Translations under genes and position numbers: made by a program | Notes under the pieces: generated by a model | Databases searched by the model: none | What the model saw: only the letters and a program-made list of their open reading frames with translations | Told to the model about the DNA's origin: nothing | Shown: in pieces, positions 51,929 to 61,972 of the stretch | Numbering within the stretch: position 1 is the first letter of the stretch | Layout: every line of letters begins with the position of its first letter | IMG/VR virus record: IMGVR_UViG_3300047157_000068 | Span: 32,001 to 96,000 of that record | Reading direction: 5' to 3' (one strand) | DNA: 64,000 bases | From: a virus

Positions 51929-52273
51929 ATGGATTATTTTGAATTAGAATGTGCAGTTGAAAGCTGGGCAGAAGAAAAAGGTATTTTAGAAAAAGCAACG
52001 CCAATGGCCCAAGCTTTAAAGACATTAGAAGAAACAACTGAGCTCTGCACGGCTATCAATGCTGATGACCGTGAAGAGATCATTGATGCTATGGGTGATA
52101 TTATGGTCACCCTGATTATTCAGGCTAAGATGCAAAATGTATCTTTAGAGTATTGTCTTAAGTCAGCTTATAATGTAATTTCTAAACGTACCGGTAAAAT
52201 GGTTAACGGTCAGTTTGTAAAAGATATAGATATTATATCTGGTACTGAGTCAGCTTACATAAAGAATGATTAA
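51929..52273 (+). CDS. MazG-like NTP pyrophosphohydrolase
   Basis: WAEEKGI, KTLEETTEL, DAMGDIMVTL, AYNVISKRTGKMVNGQFVKD. Confidence 0.85.
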   Translation: MDYFELECAVESWAEEKGILEKATPMAQALKTLEETTELCTAINADDREEIIDAMGDIMVTLIIQAKMQNVSLEYCLKSAYNVISKRTGKMVNGQFVKDIDIISGTESAYIKND

Positions 52274-53099
52274 GGTACAAAGAACTAAGACCCTTGTAAC
52301 TAAACCAAATAACAATAGTGCTAACTGCATAGCTCCCAATATTATCTACGGATGTTTTGGCGGCTGTGTAGATACCTATTGTTATATGTCTAGATATAAT
52401 GGCAAAAGAGTCTTTGTTAATGAAAACGTTGACCAGATCTTCCAGTCTGTAGTTAATTGGGAAAAATCTTACTATAAAGAACCTGATCAACAAGACCCTA
52501 TATATACTATGGTAGATGTAGCATGCAATTCAGATTTAGTTCTAATGCAAAAACATATGCCTGAACCTTTAATTGATTACCTTAAACGTTATGATGATCA
52601 TCCTCAGCTTAATAGCACTATGGCCACTAAGTATCCGGGGTTGTTGAAGCTTGACGTAAAAAAGTTCAACAAGCCTCCAAGAGTACGTGTAAGTCTTATG
52701 CCTCAAGCTTACTCTACGGTTTTAGAACCTAAGATGTCAAGTATTGAGAGCCGAATACATGACATTAACCGTCTAAAAGATTTAGGCTGGCAAGTTCATC
52801 TTAATTATAGCCCTTTAGTCTTTTATCCCGGTTGGAAAGAAGAGTATGATAAACTTTTTGCACAGGTAAAAGAACAGGCAGGCATAAATAAATGTGAAGT
52901 TATTGCACTTACTAATCATACTAATCAAATGGCCAAGGCATCACCAGAAGCTCAGGACATGATGAAGTATAGTTCAGAAGTAAAGAATCAAAGCGGTGTC
53001 ATGAGATATCCTCTGATGCATAAAGGCCGGTTATTAAGAGAGTTTAAAGAGATATACAGTAAATATTTTCCTTTAAATACAATAAGATATATATTTTAA
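52266..53099 (+). CDS. Spore photoproduct lyase-like radical SAM enzyme
   Basis: GCFGGCVDTYCY cluster motif, plus PDQQDP, DVACNSD, ATK, RVRVSLMP and VHLNYSP, as in SPL-family proteins. Confidence 0.8.
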   Translation: MIKVQRTKTLVTKPNNNSANCIAPNIIYGCFGGCVDTYCYMSRYNGKRVFVNENVDQIFQSVVNWEKSYYKEPDQQDPIYTMVDVACNSDLVLMQKHMPEPLIDYLKRYDDHPQLNSTMATKYPGLLKLDVKKFNKPPRVRVSLMPQAYSTVLEPKMSSIESRIHDINRLKDLGWQVHLNYSPLVFYPGWKEEYDKLFAQVKEQAGINKCEVIALTNHTNQMAKASPEAQDMMKYSSEVKNQSGVMRYPLMHKGRLLREFKEIYSKYFPLNTIRYIF

Positions 53100-53150
53100 T
53101 TTGCTGTGTCAGATTAATTTATTATATTTACACTTTAAAAGTTTAATATT

Positions 53151-54032
53151 ATGGGACATAAAAAACCAACAGAGACCACAAGGTCTTATTTAGAGAATGC
53201 ACCCTTACCTAATCATGGTAAGACATACACAGTTGTTACACACAAAGAGGTGATTGACAATACGTTAACTTTACTCAAGAAGAGTGGGTTCACAGTTCAA
53301 AGGGAAATATACAGAGCAAATACTAATGCTACAATTGCACAAGGTATTTATCATATTTACCCTAGTAGAAGCGTTGATGAAGATATCATTAATGAAACTG
53401 AATTAGGGATGATGTTTGCCTGGACTAATTCATATAATAAACTTGTTAGATTCCAATGTGCTATTGGGGCCTATGTTAAGGTTTGTTATAACGGTATGGT
53501 TGCTGGAGATATGATGAATTTCAAAAGAAAACATACTGGGACGGCAAATTTGGATTGCTCTATAAATATAGCTGATCAAGTTAAAAATGCTGAGAAGTAT
53601 TATAAACGTATCATCAAAGATAGAGACGCTATGAAGAATGTTATTCTTACTGAAAGACAACAAGCTGAATTAGTAGGTAGAATGTTTGTACAGGAAGAAC
53701 TTATAGATTCTCAACAAACATCTATTATTAAGGCTGAGCTAGCTAAACCATCATTTCACTATGGTACTGATGCTGAATCCTGCTGGACTTTTTATAATCA
53801 TGTTACACATGCATTAAAGAAAGCACATCCACGCTACTGGTTGCAAGACAGTCAAAATTTTCATGACTTTATTGTTGCAGAATGTTTAAATACATCTAAG
53901 CCAACCATAAAAAAAGAAGCTTTATTATCTGATAAAGTTATTGTAATGTCAGAATCAGTAGAAGAAGTGGTAGAAGTTGATGAAGATGTTACTGACACAC
54001 AACTAATTGAAAATGTATTTCTAGATCAGTGA
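53151..54032 (+). CDS. DUF932-like protein
   Basis: TYTVVTH, NSYNK, VKVCYNGMV, KRKHTG, WTFYNHVTHALK. Confidence 0.7.
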   Translation: MGHKKPTETTRSYLENAPLPNHGKTYTVVTHKEVIDNTLTLLKKSGFTVQREIYRANTNATIAQGIYHIYPSRSVDEDIINETELGMMFAWTNSYNKLVRFQCAIGAYVKVCYNGMVAGDMMNFKRKHTGTANLDCSINIADQVKNAEKYYKRIIKDRDAMKNVILTERQQAELVGRMFVQEELIDSQQTSIIKAELAKPSFHYGTDAESCWTFYNHVTHALKKAHPRYWLQDSQNFHDFIVAECLNTSKPTIKKEALLSDKVIVMSESVEEVVEVDEDVTDTQLIENVFLDQ

Positions 54033-54182
54033 AGCTAATTGTTGCACTCATATTAGCTATACTCTTTTTATACATTAGTAGTCAAAACAAAATGAATAAA
54101 TAGGAGATAACCAACCGGGGCCTGAGTTTTTGCATTCTTGGGCTCTGGCTCCTTATTTACTCCCTTTACAAAAGAATAACAC

Positions 54183-54374
54183 ATGAAGAAATTTCTAGAA
54201 TTTGCTTTGATATGGTACAGTCAACAGATGGCTATACCATTCTGGGTGATCGGACACGTACATTTAAGCGTAAACACATATAAAGACTTGCATGAAATCA
54301 TAGCTAGCTTAGGATTGAACATTCTCGTAGCTGTTGGTTTTATAATAGACTATCGTAAAAATAAAGACAAATGA
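54183..54374 (+). CDS. Small membrane protein
   Basis: Hydrophobic segments in a 63-aa ORF. Confidence 0.5.
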   Translation: MKKFLEFALIWYSQQMAIPFWVIGHVHLSVNTYKDLHEIIASLGLNILVAVGFIIDYRKNKDK

Positions 54375-54574
54375 AAAAAAAAGATAAAAGAATAGAAAAA
54401 TACTCCAAACTTGGTATTAAATTTATACCCTGTGATGAAGATAGTCAAACATATAATTGGCAAAGAACAAATAGGAAAGCAACCTCTCGTGCTTCTGATG
54501 GTCCTTGTGGAGCATATGAAGTTAGAAAGATTGAAGACGTTATGGCTGAAAGAAGAAAAAGAAAAAAGAAATGA
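54371..54574 (+). CDS. Small basic hypothetical protein
   Basis: ATGA-coupled at both ends. Confidence 0.5.
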   Translation: MKKKDKRIEKYSKLGIKFIPCDEDSQTYNWQRTNRKATSRASDGPCGAYEVRKIEDVMAERRKRKKK

Positions 54575-54885
54575 TTAAAAAAGAATGGCTATTTATGGAC
54601 AAAGCTGAAAAAAGAAAAGAAAGACCAGTATTTACTGGTGTACTTAGATACTTCCCGGATGCTATTATGGAAATAGCTCGTGTATCCTTACAGGGAAACA
54701 AACAACATCATCCTGATAAACCTCTTCATTGGGATCGTAATAAGTCTAATGATGATTATGATGCATTAGCTAGACACTTAATTGATGCAGGTACAATTGA
54801 TGATGATGGGATTCGTCACACCGCAAAGGTTGCTTGGCGTGCTCTTGCATGTTTACAAAAAGAACTAGAAGAAACTAAAGAATAA
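54571..54885 (+). CDS. dATP/dGTP diphosphohydrolase N-terminal domain protein (DUF5664-like)
   Basis: YFPDAIMEIARVS..GN.QH, DALARHL, D.DG..H.AKVAWRALA.LQ. Confidence 0.75.
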   Translation: MIKKEWLFMDKAEKRKERPVFTGVLRYFPDAIMEIARVSLQGNKQHHPDKPLHWDRNKSNDDYDALARHLIDAGTIDDDGIRHTAKVAWRALACLQKELEETKE

Positions 54886-54913
54886 AAAAAGCCCGGAATT
54901 AACCGGGCTCTTT
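54884..54913. terminator. Bidirectional terminator between convergent blocks
   Basis: aaaaaaagcccgg-aattaa-ccgggctcttt. Confidence 0.75.
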
Positions 54914-54935
54914 AGTTATTATATGGCCTTCTTAA

Positions 54936-57900
54936 TTAAATTCCTGTGTAACCATGATTAATTAGTGCCGTTCTTATTTGATTATACCAATAAGCACCTG
55001 GAGTTGCTGGAACATTATTTAAATCACTTCTCCATCTTAAACGTATAGGCGCACCTGTTGACCAAGCTGTCATTTGTTGGAATTGTGCTGAACTATATCC
55101 TGCAAATGTTGCAGCTGGAGGTGTAAATTCTGTACCGTTAATACCAAATGGTAATAAACCTCCTCCATCTGTACCTGCATTTCCTCCATCAGCAACTAAT
55201 GGTGCTAAATCTGGAGTTGCACCATTTACTTGGAAGAAAGTAGATCTATATATTGAATTATTACCTGCTGCTGCTTCAACTGTATTTATAAAGTTTACAA
55301 CTGAGTTAACATCTGTATTAAGATTAGCAACCATAGAATTCTGTCTATCTGCCCATCTTCCATTACCTACACCATTAAGACCATAGTTATCAGATTCATC
55401 TGCAAAACATAAGAACATTAAGTTATCTGCATCTGGAAAATATCCGCCTGTTCCTATTGTTGTACCTTGACCTCTATTATTCATCATATCAATTTGCCTT
55501 TCTGCTGCAGAATGACCCCAATAAAGATGAGAATCATACATGTCTTGTCCATTAGTAGCTGGATTAGGCGTTACACCTCCTGCAATTTCCTGTGCTAAAG
55601 TTTGACCTACAGCATAAAAATCTTGTAATAAGTTTCTTAAGTTATTAGGATCTTGATAATCTGCAAGTACCATTGCATCAGTTAATGAAAATGTAATTAT
55701 ATCTCCATTATTAGTGTTTTGTAATGTTTGAATACCCGTTGTTGCATCTACTAAGAATATATCAGGATTACCAATATTTGCAGTTCCTACTATAGTATTA
55801 GGAGGAATTCCACTACCTGTTACTGACATACCCGCCCTAATCAATAAGTAAGATTTGCTAGTCAGACCATTTGGATTAGATACAAGTCCTGTATTTACAC
55901 CATTAGATAGTCTTAGCTGATCTGTACCTGTAAACTGACCGGTTGATTGTGTATAAAAAACAGGAACACTTGATATTTGTGATGTTTGAAATATTGTACT
56001 ATTCATAGATCCTGAAGTGTCATGCCAAGTAACAAAGTAAGTATCTTTAGTTACTGCTAAACCACCAATTGTAAATGTTTGTGTGTCTACTAGACCATCT
56101 GGATCTTCAACAATCATTTGAACTACATAATTTCCACCTGCTGCAGGATAAGTTCCTGATAATGTTCCAGTACAATCATTATTATTTACAAAAGATAACC
56201 AACTTGATCCAGCTGCAGGGAATATTTCAACTCCGTCAACTGTAATTGTATAAGTTAAATCAGTACATGGATGATCTGGATCTGTTGTTGTCCAGTTATA
56301 TGTCCATACATCATTACCTGTTAAATTAGGATATGTATTTGCAGTTACAGGATCGGTAGATGTCCACAATGGTGGCTCTACTACGCTGTTAACTACTATA
56401 TTAATAGTAGAAATATTAGATGTACAATACCCATCAAATACTTGAAATTGAAAGCTTGTTGTACCATACCAGTTAGCATCTGGTGTAAATAAAAATGAAC
56501 CTGTTCCCGTATCATAAGAGAATACTCCATTTGACGGTCCTGGCCCTACTAATTGAAAAAGATTACCATATCCACCATAACCGTCATCAATAACAACCAT
56601 AGTGTTAGTTAAACTTGTATCTTCATCTATAATATATGTTGCTCCTGCTGTTACAGGGCATGTATTTTCAGAATAAAGTTTACAACATGACTCCCAATAT
56701 AATACTGAGTTTGCTGCATCAACATCATAATAATGATATTTTATTTTAATTGACTCACCATATAGTAATTCACTAGTTTTGTATCCTAACTGAGGTATTG
56801 TTGGTTCATACCAAGAAACTCTATTAGTTACATTTGCTAAACCGTTAGCCCAATTACCAAATCTTATTGCTCCATCTGGAAGAAGAGACCCTGTTTGAGC
56901 ATTTTCTGCTATAACTACTCCTGTCATACCATCTTCTAATGGTGTCATTCCTTTTATAATTCTATAAGATGCAGAAGCTGTTTCTTCTAAATTTATAAAG
57001 GCGTTTCTATATCCTGATACTTGATCCCAATCAGCAGTTTGACTCATTGGAAGAGTATCAAAACCTACTGCAGGTACAATTGTAGATACATCTCTAAATT
57101 TAACTTCATTAGATGAACCTGTATCTCTTACTAATACTTCAGTAAGAGTGTCATCTTGCGCTACTGTATCTAAAAATAATTCTTTTGTTTGTACTAACTG
57201 GCCATCATTAGTAATCTTAGTAGCAGGAGTACCTGAATCACCATCTTGTATTAATAAAGAACAACCCAATGTATTAGAGTTAGGTGTCCATAATGGTATT
57301 CTATAAATATCACATTGCTCTCCTACAATTGCTGCAGGATTGTCTTCCCAAGAAAAAGTTACTCCATCAGAAATAAGAATCTGATCTGCTGTTCCAATAG
57401 GTAACTCTTGTTTTAAATTGTTTACATTTCCTTGCCATAGACTTCCATAAGTTAAAGCTTCTACAACATCATCATCTGACCATATTACTCTTCCGTCACC
57501 TAAACCTACAAGAACTTGAGATAGTTGACCTACATTTCCTTGTGAATCGGTTATTGGTCCATTAAGTACAATATTAGAGTTAAGTGTTGTAGTTGTAGGA
57601 GGTACTGTAGCCATAGTTAAACTACCGTGCTGAGCATTTACTAATGCAGTAAATGTAACTCCATCCATTGTGAAATTTGGATCATCTTCTAATACACCTC
57701 CAGGACCAACTATAACTATACGGTCTTCTGTTAGTGTTGGAGTTGTTATTGTACCCTCTACATATAAATCACCTGCTATATTTATAGTATCACCTATAGC
57801 GTTTTGTGTTATAATAGAATCCATTAAAGTATCCCATGCACATGACCCTTCAGGTGTAGTATAAACAGGAACAAAACCAAGTTTACCTTCACCCGGTTTT

Positions 57901-58109
57901 GTTCTGGTTAAGTTTTCTGTTGCTTCACAAACTAGATCTCCCCACTTTACTACAAAAGGTTCCATCTTAGGGTTATAAGCAGCACCAGTATTTAAATTAC
58001 TAGTGTGATAAAGCTTACCAAACTCAAAATGATCTCTCATTTTGTCTAGTTTCTTTTTCTTTTTATTCCTTTTTAATAGTCCTAAGACCTCTTGTATATA
58101 AACACTCAT
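54936..58109 (-). CDS. Large virion protein with cadherin/Ig-like repeats and a C-terminal VWA-like domain
   Basis: DEDT...FTPDANWYGTTSFQFQVFDG (Big_9/cadherin-like); second Ig-like unit; MIDAS-like DTSGS and a later FADES motif. Confidence 0.65.
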   Translation of the reverse strand: MSVYIQEVLGLLKRNKKKKKLDKMRDHFEFGKLYHTSNLNTGAAYNPKMEPFVVKWGDLVCEATENLTRTKPGEGKLGFVPVYTTPEGSCAWDTLMDSIITQNAIGDTINIAGDLYVEGTITTPTLTEDRIVIVGPGGVLEDDPNFTMDGVTFTALVNAQHGSLTMATVPPTTTTLNSNIVLNGPITDSQGNVGQLSQVLVGLGDGRVIWSDDDVVEALTYGSLWQGNVNNLKQELPIGTADQILISDGVTFSWEDNPAAIVGEQCDIYRIPLWTPNSNTLGCSLLIQDGDSGTPATKITNDGQLVQTKELFLDTVAQDDTLTEVLVRDTGSSNEVKFRDVSTIVPAVGFDTLPMSQTADWDQVSGYRNAFINLEETASASYRIIKGMTPLEDGMTGVVIAENAQTGSLLPDGAIRFGNWANGLANVTNRVSWYEPTIPQLGYKTSELLYGESIKIKYHYYDVDAANSVLYWESCCKLYSENTCPVTAGATYIIDEDTSLTNTMVVIDDGYGGYGNLFQLVGPGPSNGVFSYDTGTGSFLFTPDANWYGTTSFQFQVFDGYCTSNISTINIVVNSVVEPPLWTSTDPVTANTYPNLTGNDVWTYNWTTTDPDHPCTDLTYTITVDGVEIFPAAGSSWLSFVNNNDCTGTLSGTYPAAGGNYVVQMIVEDPDGLVDTQTFTIGGLAVTKDTYFVTWHDTSGSMNSTIFQTSQISSVPVFYTQSTGQFTGTDQLRLSNGVNTGLVSNPNGLTSKSYLLIRAGMSVTGSGIPPNTIVGTANIGNPDIFLVDATTGIQTLQNTNNGDIITFSLTDAMVLADYQDPNNLRNLLQDFYAVGQTLAQEIAGGVTPNPATNGQDMYDSHLYWGHSAAERQIDMMNNRGQGTTIGTGGYFPDADNLMFLCFADESDNYGLNGVGNGRWADRQNSMVANLNTDVNSVVNFINTVEAAAGNNSIYRSTFFQVNGATPDLAPLVADGGNAGTDGGGLLPFGINGTEFTPPAATFAGYSSAQFQQMTAWSTGAPIRLRWRSDLNNVPATPGAYWYNQIRTALINHGYTGI

Positions 58110-58138
58110 TGTTTTTTATTTTATTGTTTATTTTTTAT

Positions 58139-60955
58139 TTAGACAAATTCTCTTGGATTGTAAAATCTTATTTCTATATTACCTTGAGATATTCCTTTAG
58201 TGCTGCCAGTAAAATCTTCTTCTAGAAAATCTAGATAAACAGCATTTTCAGTAGGTGTTAATTCCCACTCTCTAAAAAAGATTTCTGCAGGACGTACACC
58301 TTCTACTATTTCTGATCTACCATTTGCCATAACCCACGGAAATTTACTAGAACCACATCTTGTATTTGGGTCTCCTTGTGCATGTATAAGGATTTTATAT
58401 AATGCTGTTCCTCCTTGCCAAGTGAACTCACATCCTGTATCATTTGATAATTCTTGAATTGCAATTGCACCTCCTTTAGGATGACTGAAACGTGCAACAT
58501 AAGATGTATAGTTTACTCCACTACCACCTGAACCATTTGATGCTGCAGTAAGTCTACCTTGAGCATCAACTTCAATATTAGCATTTGTATAAACCCCTGG
58601 GGTAACAGATGTATTTTCTAAATCTATAGTTAATTTATCTGTAGCAACAGTGCTTGTTGCAATTCCTACACCACCTGCTAATAAAGCTGTATCTCCATCA
58701 GCAACAACTTGTCCTGTTCCAATATCACCTGTTAATGTCCATCCTGCAGATGAGTTTGTCCAAGGTACATTAACAACTAGTTGATTACTATCATTAAATT
58801 GAATTCCATAAGTTCTTTTCTCTACTTCAGTTACTGCCTGTGCTGCTTGTGATTGCTGAACATCACTAAATAATTTACCAATACCAAGAACAGTTGATGT
58901 CATTGTTACTACACTTGGAACAGAAGGAAATGCTTGTAAATTACCCTGTCCATCTATATAATCTGTAGCTAAACCTGCCCATGTAAAGTCTAAAGTACTA
59001 TCTCCTGTATTACTACTATCATTTGTTACTGCAACATCTAATGCATCACCTGCTGTTGTTGCTCCTATAGTTAGTACACTTGCAAAAGTAATTAGTTGAG
59101 GATTAGGATTAGTATCCATTGTAACGCCCGGTCCTGTAAACTCAAACATTCCAGAAGTAGTAGTGTTTCCTACCTTAATACTAGTTACTGTATTAACTGA
59201 TACAGCACTTATTGTTAATGTTTTTTCTCCGCCTACACCGGTGTTAACTGAACCTGATAAACCTGAACCTATTACTACTTTATCAGTAAAATATCCTGCT
59301 GTAGTATCTGCTGAATCTATTTTAAACTTAACATCTTCTGATGAACCTGACCAAGGTACGTTTACCACTAATTGATCATCTGAATTAAATTGAACACCGT
59401 ATGTTCTATCTTTAACAGTTGATACTGCCTCAGCTGGTTCAAGTTGTACTGTATCATCCCATAGTTTACCTGTTCCAGTTACCGTAGATGTCATCACTGG
59501 TACTGCTGCAGGAATAGTAGGGAATGTTTCTAAAACACCATCGCCTCTAACATATTGAGCTGGCACACCTTGAAAATCTAAAGTTAAAAAAGGTGTAGTA
59601 GTTGAATTTGCCACAGAAGGTACTATTGCATCTGCTATACCTGGGGTTACATCACAATTAAAATCTGTTACTGTCCCTGTCCCTACAGAAGGGAATGTTT
59701 GTAGTGACCCTGTACCATCTATATATTGTTGTGCAGTACCTGCACCTGTAAATGTAAGAGTACCTGATCCTGTTACAGGAGATCCTGAAACAGTAAATGC
59801 AGATGGTGCTGCTAAACCAACACTAGTAACAGAACCTGATCCGCCAGATGCTGATATAGTAATGTTATTTATTCCGTCATCAAATATTGTAATATTAGCT
59901 CCAGCCACTAAATTAAGAGCTCCGGATAAACCTTGTAATGACGTTACATGAGTTGGAAAAGCAGGAATGACAGCACTAACTTGTACTGTATCATTGCCCT
60001 GATCTGTTAGTGTAATGTTATTACCAGCTTCAAGACTTACTTTATCTAATGAACCATCAGAACCATTCAACGCTATTGCATAGTCATCAACATTAGATGC
60101 TTGACCACTTAAATCATATGTAGTATTACTTCCTGCTGCAGGTGTTGGTAAAGTGATTTCTGAAATTTCTATTTCTGTAGGGTGACCAGTTGCATCTTGA
60201 GTTATGCTTTTTATTACACTGAATGTATCACCAAATGCTGGAGATATAGCAGTTGTATTATCAACTCTAGTTGTATCAAGATGAGTAATAGTTATTTTTT
60301 CCGGGTTACCTCCAGCTATTAATAGTGTAGTACCCATTTTTGTTCCTCCTTCAAAAACAACTGCTTCATTGCTTTCTACAGTTCCTGTTACAAAACCATC
60401 ACTAATTCTCCAACCAGTAAATAATTGGGGAAAGGTTTCTAAGTCTCCAGCACCATTAACATACTGAGTTGCATTACCTAAATAATTAAATGTAAGAATA
60501 CCAGAAGTTGTAACAGGACCTCCAGAGACTGCAATTGCATTTCCATTAGTATCAGCGTCTATACTAGTAACAGTTCCAACAAACTCATCAGAACTACTTA
60601 TAGTTATAGCATTAGAACCATCATCAGTTAGAGTAATATTAGCACCAGCAACAAGCTTTACAATATCTGTGCTTGCATCTGATCCTGTAAGTATTAATTC
60701 TACATCAAGTCCACTTTGTGTACTACTATAATCATATGTAGTATCTGTACCGGCACCAATAGCAGCTGCAAGATCATATATAGAGATTAATTCTTGTTCT
60801 AGTTTTGGCAAATATGCCATAACATTTAAGTTACTATCTTGTTTAGTTGATAGAATTAAGTAATCTTCCTTACCATCTGTATTAAGATCATATGGTTTTG
60901 GTGCGTATTTCTTTTTGGAAAATAATCCAATTACGTCTTGCAGTAGTGAACCCAT
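58139..60955 (-). CDS. Tail fibre-like virion protein
   Basis: Repeated LVAG.NIT.TD.G, GSVTSV, QYI.G.G.L.TFP and RTYG.QFN...QLVVNVPW units. Confidence 0.7.
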   Translation of the reverse strand: MGSLLQDVIGLFSKKKYAPKPYDLNTDGKEDYLILSTKQDSNLNVMAYLPKLEQELISIYDLAAAIGAGTDTTYDYSSTQSGLDVELILTGSDASTDIVKLVAGANITLTDDGSNAITISSSDEFVGTVTSIDADTNGNAIAVSGGPVTTSGILTFNYLGNATQYVNGAGDLETFPQLFTGWRISDGFVTGTVESNEAVVFEGGTKMGTTLLIAGGNPEKITITHLDTTRVDNTTAISPAFGDTFSVIKSITQDATGHPTEIEISEITLPTPAAGSNTTYDLSGQASNVDDYAIALNGSDGSLDKVSLEAGNNITLTDQGNDTVQVSAVIPAFPTHVTSLQGLSGALNLVAGANITIFDDGINNITISASGGSGSVTSVGLAAPSAFTVSGSPVTGSGTLTFTGAGTAQQYIDGTGSLQTFPSVGTGTVTDFNCDVTPGIADAIVPSVANSTTTPFLTLDFQGVPAQYVRGDGVLETFPTIPAAVPVMTSTVTGTGKLWDDTVQLEPAEAVSTVKDRTYGVQFNSDDQLVVNVPWSGSSEDVKFKIDSADTTAGYFTDKVVIGSGLSGSVNTGVGGEKTLTISAVSVNTVTSIKVGNTTTSGMFEFTGPGVTMDTNPNPQLITFASVLTIGATTAGDALDVAVTNDSSNTGDSTLDFTWAGLATDYIDGQGNLQAFPSVPSVVTMTSTVLGIGKLFSDVQQSQAAQAVTEVEKRTYGIQFNDSNQLVVNVPWTNSSAGWTLTGDIGTGQVVADGDTALLAGGVGIATSTVATDKLTIDLENTSVTPGVYTNANIEVDAQGRLTAASNGSGGSGVNYTSYVARFSHPKGGAIAIQELSNDTGCEFTWQGGTALYKILIHAQGDPNTRCGSSKFPWVMANGRSEIVEGVRPAEIFFREWELTPTENAVYLDFLEEDFTGSTKGISQGNIEIRFYNPREFV

Positions 60956-60969
60956 TGTTTTTTATTTTA

Positions 60970-61182
60970 TTATTTGCAGTATCCTTTTTTAAAAGCAGCA
61001 GACTGCACCGGCTCTTTAGCTCTGGTAGACTTTTGCTTCGGATTCAAACTTGTTTTTTTAGCTAATTTAATTCTTGCTTCAACCTTTTTTCTATTCTTTT
61101 TTTGCTGTATAGCTTGTGGAATAGATGTAGGGTTATAGTAACCATTAGTTACTTCTTTTTTTATTGGTAATGATTTTGCCAT
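60970..61182 (-). CDS. Small basic protein
   Basis: Lys-rich 70-aa ORF. Confidence 0.5.
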   Translation of the reverse strand: MAKSLPIKKEVTNGYYNPTSIPQAIQQKKNRKKVEARIKLAKKTSLNPKQKSTRAKEPVQSAAFKKGYCK

Positions 61183-61233
61183 GATTATTTCTTTTTAGAT
61201 TTACTACTACCACCATACCCAAGGGCTCTCATG

Positions 61234-61491
61234 CTAGCAATATTTTTTTCTGTCTTGTTCTGTTTTGAACTTAGGTCTAAAAAAAGTACTTTCTTTAGCA
61301 TCAAGCTCTCTTACAAGTTGATTGTCACTTTTGTTTGGTAAACTGTCATATACATTAGTTACATCACCACCTGCCATATAGCCTAATAGACCACCACCTC
61401 TAGAGTATACATCCATTTTCATTCTATTTGTTGGTACAAAAGCATCTCCATCACCTTTAGTACCACCTTTTCCGTATTTCTTTTTCATCAT
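61234..61491 (-). CDS. Small basic protein (possible 3' frameshift)
   Basis: Starts MMKKKYGKGG, with recurring Y..GG motifs. Confidence 0.4.
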   Translation of the reverse strand: MMKKKYGKGGTKGDGDAFVPTNRMKMDVYSRGGGLLGYMAGGDVTNVYDSLPNKSDNQLVRELDAKESTFFRPKFKTEQDRKKYC

Positions 61492-61498
61492 TTTTAAT

Positions 61499-61963
61499 TT
61501 ATTTATTACTAATTGCTTTAAATTTTTCAGCTCCCCTTGAACCAAAGTAAGCTACATATACTGTTATTAATAATGACTTTAATAGGTCTACCCATACTGA
61601 GTCTACTTTAAAGTCAATTTCAGAACTGTCCAATAGCATAAATATTACCATTGATATAGTTAAAAATATCAAGGTCATTGGTCTCGTATTTTTACTAAGC
61701 CAAGAATCAGAACTCATATCACTAACCCAACGCTTGCTTACTTCTTGCATTTCAACCATATCTTGCTCTAATAACTTTAAAGCAGTCTCTTTATCTACTG
61801 GAGATAAAGCTGGTTCTTTTTCTATTAAAGATTTAACCATACCTAAAACACCTGCATCAGGAAGTAACTCCCCGGCAAGACCAAGTATACTAGGGACTTT
61901 CTTTGTAAGGAATTGTCCTACTTTAGTATCTTTAAATTTCTTTTTAGGTTTTTTATCACTCAT
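61499..61963 (-). CDS. Holin (GTA 3TM holin-like)
   Basis: RW.SDM.SDSWLSKNTRP, TM segments and AYFGSRGAEK. Confidence 0.75.
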   Translation of the reverse strand: MSDKKPKKKFKDTKVGQFLTKKVPSILGLAGELLPDAGVLGMVKSLIEKEPALSPVDKETALKLLEQDMVEMQEVSKRWVSDMSSDSWLSKNTRPMTLIFLTISMVIFMLLDSSEIDFKVDSVWVDLLKSLLITVYVAYFGSRGAEKFKAISNK

Positions 61964-61972
61964 CTTTTTAGT

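Noticed and set aside
54571-54885. Z-genome (2-aminoadenine) pathway
   Set aside because: No PurZ or HD-domain dATPase is visible, and the diphosphohydrolase alone is insufficient evidence.
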